From: Octopus vulgaris
Taxonomy: Eukaryota
Direction: 5' to 3'
NCBI GenBank assembly: GCA_951406725.2
Contig: OX597821.1
Location: 28,148,001-28,212,000, forward strand
Length of the DNA: 64,000 bases
The position numbers and the translations under genes were made by a program. The notes under the pieces are model-generated. The model did no database searches. It was given only the letters and a program-made list of their open reading frames with translations, and was not told the origin of the DNA. This document shows positions 1 through 10,973 of this stretch, one piece after another. How positions within the stretch are numbered: position 1 is the first letter of the stretch; each line of letters starts with the position of its first letter.

Positions 1-660
1 ATATTCACATAATTTGTTATTATCGATACATGAGACGCCATATTGTAATATCTCTTTAGGCAAATGAAACGTTTAACTTCCCACCAAATTTGTACTGGTC
101 CTCCCGGATCCTCGGAGCTTAAAAACTAACGATATATTGATTCTACATTAATATTTGACATCAGAAATTCAGTGGTGTTGCTTACTTGTTATACGGAAAA
201 GGTCGATAGCTCTTAAGCTTGAATACATATCCAATATCATGTAGACTATATTAACCAATCTTTTTATTCGGTTAGGACATTGATCTCTGTTATGACCCTC
301 CCGCTAATGTCTATGCGGCAGATATAATAGAAAATAGCATATTGACTTTAGAGTAAACAGTTTTCAGTGGTCAAAATCTGTATGTGTGTATGTATGTATG
401 CATCTCGCTATCGTTCTCAGTCTCTCTTTCTCTCCTCATTTCCCTCTCTCTGCATATATATATATATGTGTGTGTGTGAGTGTGTGTGTGTATGTATACA
501 CACACACAGACGTATATATATATGCATATATACACCCATAAATAAATAGACAGATAGATGACACCTGCATACATAAAGACATATATTTAGCTCTATCCGA
601 AATAGATAACTAGCACTCTCGCAGACAGCTGGCTCGGAATATGTTACATCGTGTATTTCT

Positions 661-720
661 GATATATATATATATATATATATACATATGTATATATATA
701 TATATATGTATGTATGTATG

Positions 721-752
<32 letters not shown>

Positions 753-1157
753 TGTATGTATGTATGTATGTATGTATGTATGCATGTATATATATATGTA
801 TGTATGTATGCATGCATGAATGTATGTATATATGTATGTAGGTATGTATGTACGTATGTGTGTGTATGTATATATATATGTGGCTCTGAATACAGATGTA
901 GTTGAATTTCCTATTGCGCAAGACGGTTAAATATGGAAAACGTGCAATTATAAGACGTTTCAACGAATTGTGATACACACAAGATTTAGTCTGCCTGGTC
1001 CACTTAACCCACAAGAAATTCTAAACGTTATTCATATAATTACAGTTGATGAACACCTGTCTGCAATTTCTAATAATTCAAACCAGTTCAAAGAAGAGAA
1101 ATGGCCTGTCTTTTGAGTATATGGGAGCCTAAAGTCTTACACACATACAAACAAATA

Positions 1158-1199
<42 letters not shown>

Positions 1200-1201
1200 A
1201 A

Positions 1202-1277
<76 letters not shown>

Positions 1278-1295
1278 TGTATGTATGTGTGTATG

Positions 1296-1338
<43 letters not shown>

Positions 1339-1359
1339 TTGTGTATGTGTGTATGTATG

Positions 1360-1390
<31 letters not shown>

Positions 1391-1411
1391 ATGTTTGTGC
1401 ATGTATGTGTG

Positions 1412-1452
<41 letters not shown>

Positions 1453-1542
1453 TATATACTATATAAAATTATTTTTATGTAATAGAAAAGAATCACGTTT
1501 ATACTTCAAAAACTGTATTAAGAAATCGTCATAGATTTTCAG

Positions 1543-1603
<61 letters not shown>

Positions 1604-1885
1604 CATGTATATATAGTGTTTTTGTGTGTATGTCTGTGTACGCGCGTGTGTGTTCGAGCAGGTGTGCGTTTGTCTCTGTATCTGTCCACATATATATCTA
1701 CATATGATTCGATCTATCTCTCTTTCTATATATTTTATACGTTTCAGCCCAAAGTTTGCGGCCTAGGGTTACCAGGTATACCGGTGTGCTCCAGCATAGC
1801 CGTAGGCTTAGGGCTAAAACGTCATAAGGGAAAAAATTTTTGTAAGATATCTTGATAGAAATGTGGACAGATGCAAAAAGAAACA

Positions 1886-1974
<89 letters not shown>

Positions 1975-1975
1975 C
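661..1975. repeat. Compound (TA)n/(TATG)n/(TG)n microsatellite cluster, representative of many similar tracts across the window
   Basis: Direct reading. These tracts explain the [12 protein letters not shown] ORFs. Confidence 0.95.
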
Positions 1976-2250
1976 ACCGTGATCACCGTGACTGACCAGG
2001 CCATAAGATGTTGCTACACATCGCCTGTCACAATGCGCTTCGCATTGTTTTAGCCTTCAAATGACGCCACCCCACTGGCTAAGCGAGCAGGCCAATACAG
2101 GAAAGAGTGAGAGAAAGTTGCAGCGAAAGAGTACCGCCGGAGCCTCGTAGAGCTTTAGGCGTTTTCGCTCAATAAACACTCACAACGCCTGGTCTGGGAA
2201 TCGAAACTGCGAGTCCGCCGCCCTAACCACTGGGCTATTGCGTCTCCACA
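1975..2250 (-). mobile_element. tRNA-derived SINE (family C)
   Basis: Minus-strand head GTGGAGACGCAATAGCCCAGTGGTTAGG (A box) ... GTTTCGATTCCC (B box); tail of ATCACCGTG repeats. Partial second copy at 49558-49678. Confidence 0.75.
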
Positions 2251-2340
2251 TACATATATATATATATATATGAATGTATATAGGTAGATAAACGGACGAA
2301 CGGGCAATTATATAGAGAGATAGAAAGATAGGGAGATTCT

Positions 2341-2566
2341 TTTATTCTTTTTCGTTTACATGTTTCAGTCATTTGACTGCAGCCATGCTGGAGCACCTCT
2401 TTTAGTCGAGCAAACTGACCTCAGGGCTTATTCTTTGTAAGCCTAGTACTTAAACATTGGGTGCTTTTGCTGAACCGCTAAGTTACAAGGATGTAAGCAC
2501 ACCAGTATCGGTTGTCAAGTGATGTAGTGGGCGCAAACACAGACACACAACCACACACACACCCAC

Positions 2567-2570
<4 letters not shown>
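2341..2570 (-). mobile_element. SINE family A, 3' half (split by the Penelope insertion)
   Basis: Matches the tail half of the complete copies at 26921, 51071 and 61664. The head half resumes at 4977. Confidence 0.8.
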
Positions 2571-2636
<66 letters not shown>

Positions 2637-2750
2637 GTAAAATGTGAAAAAACTACAGAAGGCTTGTTTTAAAAGGTTAAAAAATATATATTTGAGTCAA
2701 TATGTCTGAAGAATGTTATAAATTTTTTTACATACAATGACATAGTATAG

Positions 2751-2790
2751 AAGAAATGACCGGTTTCGCGTTCAGCTTTTCAAATTTCTT
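2751..2790 (-). ncRNA. Minimal type I hammerhead ribozyme motif (U3-A8 core variant), inverted pLTR copy
   Basis: Exact reverse complement of 4567-4606. Confidence 0.75.
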
Positions 2791-2937
2791 AAAACGTTAT
2801 GTTTACTTTGAGCGGTGATCTAGATAATAAGAGATTTCTTTCGGTGTAAGGGAGATAATCGCTTAAAATTATTTGCCTTTCTTTTGGATTGAGTTTCTCT
2901 GCATAAGTATGTTGGAATGGTTAAGTTTGGGCTTGTA

Positions 2938-4488
2938 AGTCTATTTATGGACATCCTCCTGAAACCCCTCCTTAAACATATCGATAGCCATATCAGAGAT
3001 GACCTAGATATGTTAAACCACCTTCCAAAAAAAGCCAAGGAAGAAACAATCATGGTCTCATTTGGTGTAGTTAACTTATATACCAGTATACCTCATAATT
3101 ATGGACTAGAGGCAATACAGTTCTGGCTGGACCAATTTCCGGAAGAAATACCAAAATGGATCAGTAAAGAAATCATTACTAAATCAATTGAATTCATCCT
3201 ACATAATAACCACTTCATGTTTGACAATACATTTTACCGTCAAACATCCGGAATTGCTATGGGTACAAGGGCAGCACCAGTCATTGCGAACCTAACAATG
3301 GGCTACCTGGAAGTAATCATTTACCAGGAATCTTTATCAATCTTTGGAAACCCCCTCTCTCAATACATAAAAGGGAATTGGAAACGATTCCTGGACGATT
3401 GTTTTATACTCTGGAATGAAAACACAGATAAACTCCTAAAATTTAAAAACCTATTGAACAGCATAAACCCAAATATACAGTTCACAATGGAATACAACAA
3501 AAAGGATCTCCCATTCTTGGATATACTAATTTAAAAAATTAACCTTAAAATAGAAACAGACATTTTCTACAAAGCCACAGACGCCAAACAATACCTTCTT
3601 TTTGATTCATGCCACCCAAGACACACTAAAACAAACATCCCCTTCAACCTTGCAAGAAGGATATGCACAATAGTGTCAGAACAAAATACCAGGAACTTTA
3701 GACTGCAAGAACTCAAAAACACCCTAATTGACAGACATTACCCAGCTCAACTCATAGAGGATGGGATCAGACGTGCAACAGAAATCAACATAGAAACTTT
3801 AAGAAAAGTTCAACACCACAACACACCTTCCCCGAAAATACTACCTTACATATCCACATACAACCCCAGAAACAAAGAAGCCTTCTCCATCATCACCCAG
3901 AATTTACCAATACTTCATAAGGACCCCAAATTAAAGGAAATTCTAAACATACACCAAATTATTAAAAGCTACAAACAACTTAAATCACTTAAAAAGATTC
4001 TCACAAAGACAAAATTGTTTTCTGAAATTACGGATGCAAAAGTAAAAAAATGTGGTAGACCGAACTGTGCAACATGTCCAAACCTGCTAGACGGATCAGA
4101 ATTCCTCTCCAAAGAGGGACAGAAATTCAAGATCAAATCTAATTTTACTTCTGCCTTTGAAAACATAATTTATGTCATAAAATGCTCGGGCTGTCACGAA
4201 GACTACGTGGGATCGACGGGACTATTACTCAGACGTAGATGCACACTGCATCGACAAGAGATTGCATTCCCAGAATACAGAATGATACCCTTTAGTGAGC
4301 ACATTGAGAAATGCGCAAAGCAACTACTACCACAATTTCTAATCTTTCCATTCTACCAATGTGCTATCGGAACGCCAACACAAATTAGACTAAACAAGGA
4401 AACATTCTTCATTGAAAAATACAAGCCCAAACTTAACCATTCCAACATACTTATACAGAGAAACTCAATCCAAAAGAAAGGCAAATAA
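2938..4488 (+). pseudogene. PLE reverse transcriptase + Cys-rich linker + GIY-YIG endonuclease, one in-frame stop (TAA 3532-3534)
   Basis: Motifs SFGVVNLYTSIP, GIAMGTRAAP, RFLDDCF, LPFLDI, SCHP, CGRPNCATC, NIIYVIKCSGC..YVGST. ORFs 2917..3534 and 3673..4488 share one frame. Confidence 0.93.
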
Positions 4489-4566
4489 TTTAAAGCGATT
4501 ATCTCCCTTACACCGGAAGAAATCACTTTTTATCTAGATCACCGCTCAACGTAAACATAACGTTTT

Positions 4567-4606
4567 AAGAAATTTGAAAAGCTGAACGCGAAACCGGTCA
4601 TTTCTT
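4567..4606 (+). ncRNA. Minimal type I hammerhead ribozyme motif in pLTR (U3-A8 core variant)
   Basis: AAGAAAT-TTGAAAA-GC tgaac GC-GAAA-CCGG-TC^ATTTCTT: 7-bp stem I, palindromic stem III (ACCGGT), GUC site. Confidence 0.8.
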
Positions 4607-4766
4607 CTATACTATGTCATTGTATGTAAAAAATTTATAACATTCTTCAGACATATTGACTCAAATATATATTTTTTAACCTTTTAAAACAAGCCTTCTG
4701 TAGTTTTTTCACTTTTTACTATTTTCTATATATTCAACCACGTGCTTTCACATACCAACTTTCTTA

Positions 4767-4804
<38 letters not shown>

Positions 4805-4911
4805 ATAGTCTTCTTTCAGTTACAGTTGTCTCCTGGAGGAAGATAGCTGTTCACGATTAACTTTACTTATCTCTCTCTCTCACTCTCTCTCTCTCTCTCT
4901 GTATATATATA

Positions 4912-4957
<46 letters not shown>

Positions 4958-4976
4958 CATACAAATATGCATACTA

Positions 4977-5128
4977 GACGGGCTTCTTTCAGTTCCAGTC
5001 TACCAAATACACTCACGCGGTTTGGTCGGCCCGAGACTATAGTAGAAGTCACTACTACGCAGTGGGACTGAACCCGGAAATAGTTTGTTGGGAAGCAAGC
5101 TTCTTACCACACAGTCATGCTTGCACCT
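4977..5128 (-). mobile_element. SINE family A, 5' (tRNA-like head) half
   Basis: GACGGGCTTCTTTCAGTT...CAGTGGGACTGAACCCGGAA...CTTACCACACAG, continuing the copy at 2341-2570. Confidence 0.8.
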
Positions 5129-5149
5129 ATATATATATGTAAATAGAAA

Positions 5150-5600
5150 TGTATGTATGGATGTTCTCGTCTGCTTTTATTATTTCAATTCTTCCTTTCA
5201 GCAAAGATACAAATCTCCATCGTTGAAACGTAGTTAATGAAAATATTGTCACATTTTAAAGTCTTGTATGTATTAACTGTTCCACTAACAATTTGTAGTT
5301 GTAACGTGCGATATGGTTGATCGATTTTTTTTTCTGAAAATCCAAGCTCATCCAGACTGTCATTTAGGCATTTATTCACAGAATCAAGTGCACCAATTAT
5401 TATTGTTATAAATATAATTTTGATTTAGATGCCTGAGGTTTCGAAGCAGTTGTCCTCCATTTTGATTTTCAAAGTGTTCTTCAAATCGAGACTGCTGAAA
5501 TCTATGATGGTACATGCTTATTGTTGTTTGCTCTAAACAACATTGGCCGTCATATTATGCTTATGCTGAATGCGACGATCACACACTATACACCTTCCTT
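5150..5600 (-). mobile_element. Decayed 3' end of an R4/Dong-like (restriction-like endonuclease) non-LTR retrotransposon
   Basis: Minus-strand remnants ACTIIDFSS, IIIGALDSV, LGFSEK..LQLQIVSGTV. Ends in CATACATAC. Related to 47987-48625. Confidence 0.6.
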
Positions 5601-6293
5601 CCAAGCACTGCTGTAAACAGCGGATATGAGCTAGAACGATAAAACTTAGTGCACATGCACAGCAGAGTTCAAGGTCAATTTGTGCTAAGTGGCTCTACTT
5701 TGTATACTTTAGCTTCGTTACTATGGCAACAGTCCGGATACTTATTGATCAGACCACGTATGCAAATACATGAGTTACTCCAAATGTAAATTCTAAGTTT
5801 CCGTCAAATTAAGGTTTCCTGTCCCGAAGCTATGGTTTCTATTTAGAAAAAAATGCTATCCCACAAAAATGTCCGTATTAAGGAACAATTTATACATGTT
5901 TAAAAGAAATATTTGTTTACCATTCGAGCATATTACTTAACTTTCAATCTCCGATATGATACGCTTCATTATTGGCAAACAAATCAAACAATAAATTACG
6001 TCCTTAATCGTTCCTGTTAGCTGAAAATATAATAACTTAGTGATAAATATGGAATCTAGTCACTGAAAATCTCATCGAAATAGCAAGTATCCACGCATTT
6101 TTCTACATGTTACAATGAAGCAAGTCTGATGTTCACCTTATATAGAATATATAAAAGAATGAACTTGACTGCACAGCAACAGGATTAGAAATAAGGAGAT
6201 TAAATGAATTATCATCTGCTGTTGTCTACTTGTAATCTTGTAATAGCCGTTCAAATACACACATATATTCATACATACAAGCACATGTGTGAG

Positions 6294-6410
<117 letters not shown>

Positions 6411-6496
6411 AGAGTAGATCGTATGTGAGTGGCTATATATTTGTAAAAAAGAAGTTTGAAAACGCCACTATATTAGATAAATTTTAATTTTCTTAT

Positions 6497-6548
6497 GAAT
6501 TTTACATGTTACGGTTCTTGAAAAAACGAACCTTATCAAAAATATTAT
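6497..6548 (-). ncRNA. Hammerhead motif, left arm (GAAA mutated to GTAA)
   Basis: TTGATAA-GGTTC...GAACC-GTAA-CATG-TA on the minus strand. Confidence 0.55.
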
Positions 6549-6711
6549 ACAAAGTGAAAATTGAAAAGTTCATAATCGTTTCTTACTGTTAATCGCTATA
6601 TTCCTATTGAGTGTATTGAAGAAGTCCAATAATGGACTTCTTCAATATACTCAACAGGAATATAGCGATTAACAGTAAGAAACGATTATGAACTTTTCAA
6701 TTTTCACTTTG

Positions 6712-6767
6712 TATAATATTTTTGATAAGGTTCGTTTTTTCAAGACCCGAAACATGTAAAATTCTTA
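6712..6767 (+). ncRNA. Hammerhead motif, right arm (U3-A8 core)
   Basis: ATTT-TTGATAA-GGTTC(10 nt)GACCC-GAAA-CATG-TA^AAAT; palindromic stem III ACATGT. Confidence 0.65.
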
Positions 6768-7251
6768 AGAAAATTAAAATTTATCTAATATAGTGGCGTT
6801 TCAAACTTCTTTTTTACAAATATATATATATATATATATATTCACAGAAGATTGTGGAAAAAAGTTTATAGTATTTATTCACCAATACACATGTCTTATT
6901 CGTTCGCTAATGATAGAACTTTGTACATGTAGGATAAATGTGGAAGAAATCTATGAGAAACTCTCTAGACAGAGAGTCAAATAACACAAAATTTGCATTT
7001 GGATGAAGCGCTTATATATACTTAATAATCAGTTTTCGTATGTATAGTTGGGAGCAAGTATAAAAACTACATCTAGTAGTACAGAAAGCGAGAGAGAGAC
7101 TGACAGACAGAGACAGTTAAAGAGGGACTGAAGTAATATGCGCATATATACGCACATATATTAATGTACAAACATACACCTCTGTATAAACACATGCGCC
7201 CACACATATACAGATGTATACATACATATGCATATATATATATATATATAT

Positions 7252-8334
7252 ATGAAGGAATGTAGATATCAACTTGCAGTCCCTCTGACCAACCTCTGGA
7301 GAAATTCGTTAGACGCAGGTTATATACCGAAACAGTTTCTATCCCAGTCGGTCATCCCGGTTTTCAAACAGGGAAACAGATCCCTCGCAGTCAACTATCG
7401 TCCAATCTCACTCACCTCCCACATCATTAAAGTGTTTGAAAGAGTGTTAAGATCAAGGATAGCTGACTTCCTGGAGACCCACAAACTCCTAAATTCAAAT
7501 CAGCATGGCTTTCGCTGTGGCAGGGACTGTCTAACACAGCTCTTACACCACATTGAAGATGTACGCAAAGCCTTGGGAACAGGTTCGAACTCTGACGTCA
7601 TATATCTTGACTTCAGTAAAGCGTTCGACAGGGTAGACCATAACATCCTACTCTCAAAATTGGCAAATGTTGGAATCCGTGGAAAAGTTCTACACTGGAT
7701 TAAGTATTTCCTGGCGAATAGAACACAACATGTTGTAGTTGATAGAGTCCACTCAAACCCAGCAAAAGTCACCAGCGGTGTTCCCCAGGGAACTGTTTTG
7801 GGTCCGCTACTCTTCATAATTTACGTAAACGACCTTTCCAGTGTCGTACATTACTGCAAAGTGAAAATATTCGCTGATGACACTAAGCTCCAGCAAATCG
7901 TCAATGAAGAAGCAGACCGAACTCAACTCCAGTCTGATCTATATGCTGTGAGTCAATGGGCAGACAGAAACAAAATGCAACTGAATGAGGGAAAATTTGA
8001 GCTGATGCATTTTGGAAGAAATTCCTCACTAAAACAACCATACTCTCTTCCTTCAGGGGAACCGCTCACAGCCTCTAACAATATCAGAGACCTGGGTATA
8101 ATTGTTGATGACGATCTCAGTTGGAGTGCACACATCAACAAAAAGGTCGATATAGCTCGTAGGATGAGTTCTTCGATCTTAAGAACTTTCCGGTCCAGAG
8201 AACAAGGTGTCATCATACCACTTTTTTCCTCATTTGTACGGCCACACCTTGAATACTGCTGCCCACTGTGGTCTCCTCACATAAGACAAAACATCTCCAG
8301 AATTGAGTCACCCCAGAGGGCTCTCACTAAATAA
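7252..8334 (+). pseudogene. LINE ORF2 reverse transcriptase fragment
   Basis: ORF 7228..8334; its first codons are microsatellite. Continues after a stop and frameshift in 8408..8776. Confidence 0.9.
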
Positions 8335-8902
8335 ATTGAAGGCATGGCTGCTCTCGATTATTGGGATCGCCTTAAAGCCTTGAAACTTTACTCCCTCCAG
8401 CGTCGCCGTGAGCGGTACATCATTTGTTACGATGTGGAAAATATACCGCCAACTTTGCCCAAACGACCTAAACATTAGCTTCAAGGTTCATCCAAGACTT
8501 GGACCACGGGCTATACATCCCCTGCCCAATTCAAGATCACAACATACATGTACACTGCAACATAATTTCTTTTCCTCAACAGGCCCTGCCCTATTTAACA
8601 TTGTCCCGAGGGAGATCAAAGAGGAAAAGGATCCCATCAACTTTAAACAGAGTTTGGATAGATTCCTTCAAAGAATACCAGATAAGCCACCCATAATTGG
8701 ATACAACTCACCCAACAAGAACTCACTACTTGAACAAAACTGGATACAACTCACCCAACAAGAACTCACTACTTGAACAAAACTTGACTTAAACAAAACT
8801 TGACTTAAACAGGATTCGAATAATCCTATCAGGTGGTGCTATTAAGTTAGACATGGCCTGGACCAATCTTTGGTCGAAACATATCTAAGTTTATCTAAGT
8901 TT
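7252..8902 (+). mobile_element. 5'-truncated CR1-like LINE (RT and C-terminal region), inserted in (TA)n
   Basis: NYRPISLTS, QHGFR, YLDFSKAFDRV, SGVPQGTVLGPLLF, FADDTK, RPHLEYC, LYSLQRRRER. Stop at 8332-8334, then a frameshift. Tail (TATCTAAGTT)2. Confidence 0.93.
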
Positions 8903-8904
8903 AT

Positions 8905-9060
8905 ATATAGTTAATCCAAACATGAAAGCACAAAAAAACACAACGCGAGGACGTGGAACAAATATAGTATCATTGGACGCTCAGGAAAGAAGGAAAGAAG
9001 GAAGACAAAGAAAAAAATCGCCAACGGTACACACGCCGTCACATTTTGAATGACCGGAAG
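8905..9060 (-). mobile_element. pLTR-like end, family A; HHR segment deleted in this copy
   Basis: Aligns to 28352-28523 (GTTAATCCAAACA...CAACGCGAGGACGTGGAACAAATATAGTAT...GACGCTCAGGAAAGAAGG) but lacks about 65 bp containing the HHR. Confidence 0.7.
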
Positions 9061-9388
9061 GAAATGGGTGAAGAAAAGTTCATTCAAAGGCAGGAGATTG
9101 CAAGAGGAGGTATGTGTGTGTAAGTGTGGATATGTGCGTGCGCGAAGGTCTGCATGTGCGTTTGTGTGTATGTGTGTATGTGTGCAATGATAACACGTGT
9201 GTGTATATGTGTGCGTGTGTGTGTGTATGTGTATGTGGTTGTGGCTGTTAATCTTTGCGTGTTGTAGTGCTTCGTATTGTTTTAGGTCAAGGAAGAAGGA
9301 ATTGGGAGTGACTCTTTATCCTTTGTTTACTGTTAACATGGAAAATGGTAATTGTTATAATTTCTTGTTGTTGAGATAGGCTCTCTTT

Positions 9389-9471
9389 CTTTCCTGATGA
9401 GAAGATTGCATTTTACAGCGTTTATTCCTTTGGAATAAAACCAATGTTGTCTTCGAAACATATGTCGAAAG
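9389..9471 (+). ncRNA. Type I hammerhead ribozyme, canonical core, extended stem II (family B)
   Basis: CTTTC-CTGATGA-GAAGA...(TTTATTCC ttt GGAATAAA)...TCTTC-GAAA-CATATG-TC^GAAAG. Confidence 0.9.
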
Positions 9472-9605
9472 TAAAAGAATTTTAATAACATCTGCGTTCA
9501 ACTCCATTTATCTACATATATATATATACTCACATACCTGCGTTTATATATATATGCACACACAAACACACACACGCATATTTCATCAAACTAATTATAA
9601 AACAT

Positions 9606-9737
9606 ACCAACCACATGGTTCCCGGTTCAGTCCCACTGCGTGGCACCTTGGGCAAGTGTCTTCTACTATAGCCTCGGGCCAATTAAATCCTTGTGAGTGG
9701 ATTAGGTAAACGGAAACTGAAAGAAGCCCGTCGTATG

Positions 9738-9793
<56 letters not shown>

Positions 9794-10018
9794 TGTGCGT
9801 ATGTGTGTTTGTGTGTCTGTGTTTGTCCCCTCAACATCGCTTGACAACCGTTGCTGGTGTGTTTACGTCCCCGTAACTTAGCGGTTGGGCGAAAGAGACC
9901 GATAGAATAAGTACTAATCTTACAAAGAATAAGTCCTGGGATCGATTTCCTCGACTCAAGGCGGTACTCCAGCATGGCCTCAGTCACATGACTGAAACAA
10001 GTAAAAGAGTAAAAGAGT
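9606..10018 (+). mobile_element. SINE family A (tRNA head, internal TA/TG microsatellite, GTAAAAGA tail)
   Basis: B box GGTTCAGTCCC; 3' end CTCCAGCATGGCC..ATGACTGAAACAAGTAAAAGAG. Confidence 0.88.
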
Positions 10019-10200
10019 TTCAGAAACTGATATGACTTTGATACTTCATTAGTTTGTTTGAGGTTTATAAAAAGAATAAGAAAAGTAGTTACCCACCGTA
10101 CCTGCATTGAGGGTACGTAACGACAAATACAATATATACAGTTTGAGTATCTTCATCTTGTACAGAGAAATACTCAGCAGGGGGATGTTTAGATAAATAC

Positions 10201-10973
10201 ATATTTCTTTACTCCCCACAAGGGGCTAAACACAGAGAGGACAAACAAGGACAGACGGATTAAGCCGATTATATCGACCCCAGTGCGTAACTGGTACTTA
10301 TTTAATCGACCCCGAAAAGATGAAAGGCAAAATCGATCTCAGCGGAATTTGAACTCAGAACGTAGCGGCAGACGAAATACCTATTTCTTTACTACCCACA
10401 AGGGGTTAAACACAGAGAGGACAAACAAGGACAGACGGATTAAGCCGATTATATCGACCCCAGTGCGTAACTGGTACTTATTTAATCGACCCCAAAAGGA
10501 TGGAAGGCAAAATCGATCTCAGCGGAATTTGAACTCAGAACGTAGCGGCAGACGAAATACCTATTTCTTTACTACCCACAAGGGGTTAAACACAAAGGGG
10601 ACAAACAAGGACAGACAGACGGATTAACTCGACTACATCGACTCCAGTCCGTAACTGGTACTTATTTAATCGACCCCAAAAGGATGAAAGGCAAAGTCGA
10701 TCTCAGCGGAATTTGAACTCAGAACGTAGCGGCAGACGAAATACCTATTTCTTTACTACCAACAAGGAGCTAAACACAGAGGGGATAAACAAGGACAGAC
10801 AAACGGATTAAGCCGATTATATCGACCCCAGTGCGTAACTGGTTCTTATTTAATCGACCCCGAAAGGATGAAAGGCATAGTCGACCTCGGCGGAATTTGA
10901 ACTCAGAACGTAGCGGCAGACGAGCTACGGCTAAGCATTTCGCCTTGCGTGCTAACGTTTCTGCCGGCATGCC
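10201..10973 (-). mobile_element. Head-to-tail tetramer of SINE family B (about 180-bp period)
   Basis: Units start near 10202, 10382, 10562 and 10746. Only the last has the A-box head. GATAAATAC on both flanks (10192-10200, 10974-10982). Confidence 0.92.

Larger units (their letters stand above)
2631..4770 (+). mobile_element. Penelope-like element (Neptune-type), 5'-truncated, with inverted pLTR, inserted in (TA)n
   Basis: RT + GIY-YIG reading frame. 2631-2937 is the reverse complement of 4420-4725. (TA)n on both sides. Confidence 0.95.
6440..6820. repeat. About 380-bp near-perfect palindrome (inverted pLTR pair without coding sequence)
   Basis: Arms of about 189 bp around a 4-nt loop (6629-6632), flanked by TA repeats. 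Each arm carries an HHR motif. Confidence 0.92.

Noticed and set aside
946-1041. Possible minus-strand hammerhead relic (ATTATA-TGAATA...CGTT-GAAA-CG-TC-TTATAAT)
   Set aside because: Core too degenerate to call.
367-2053. Numerous ORFs rich in YI/CV/HT dipeptides, here and throughout the window
   Set aside because: Translations of (TA)n, (TG)n and (TATG)n microsatellites, which lack stop codons.
10201-10973. CRISPR-like or tRNA-gene array
   Set aside because: Units are whole SINE bodies with no unique spacers; the head has A/B boxes but no full cloverleaf.
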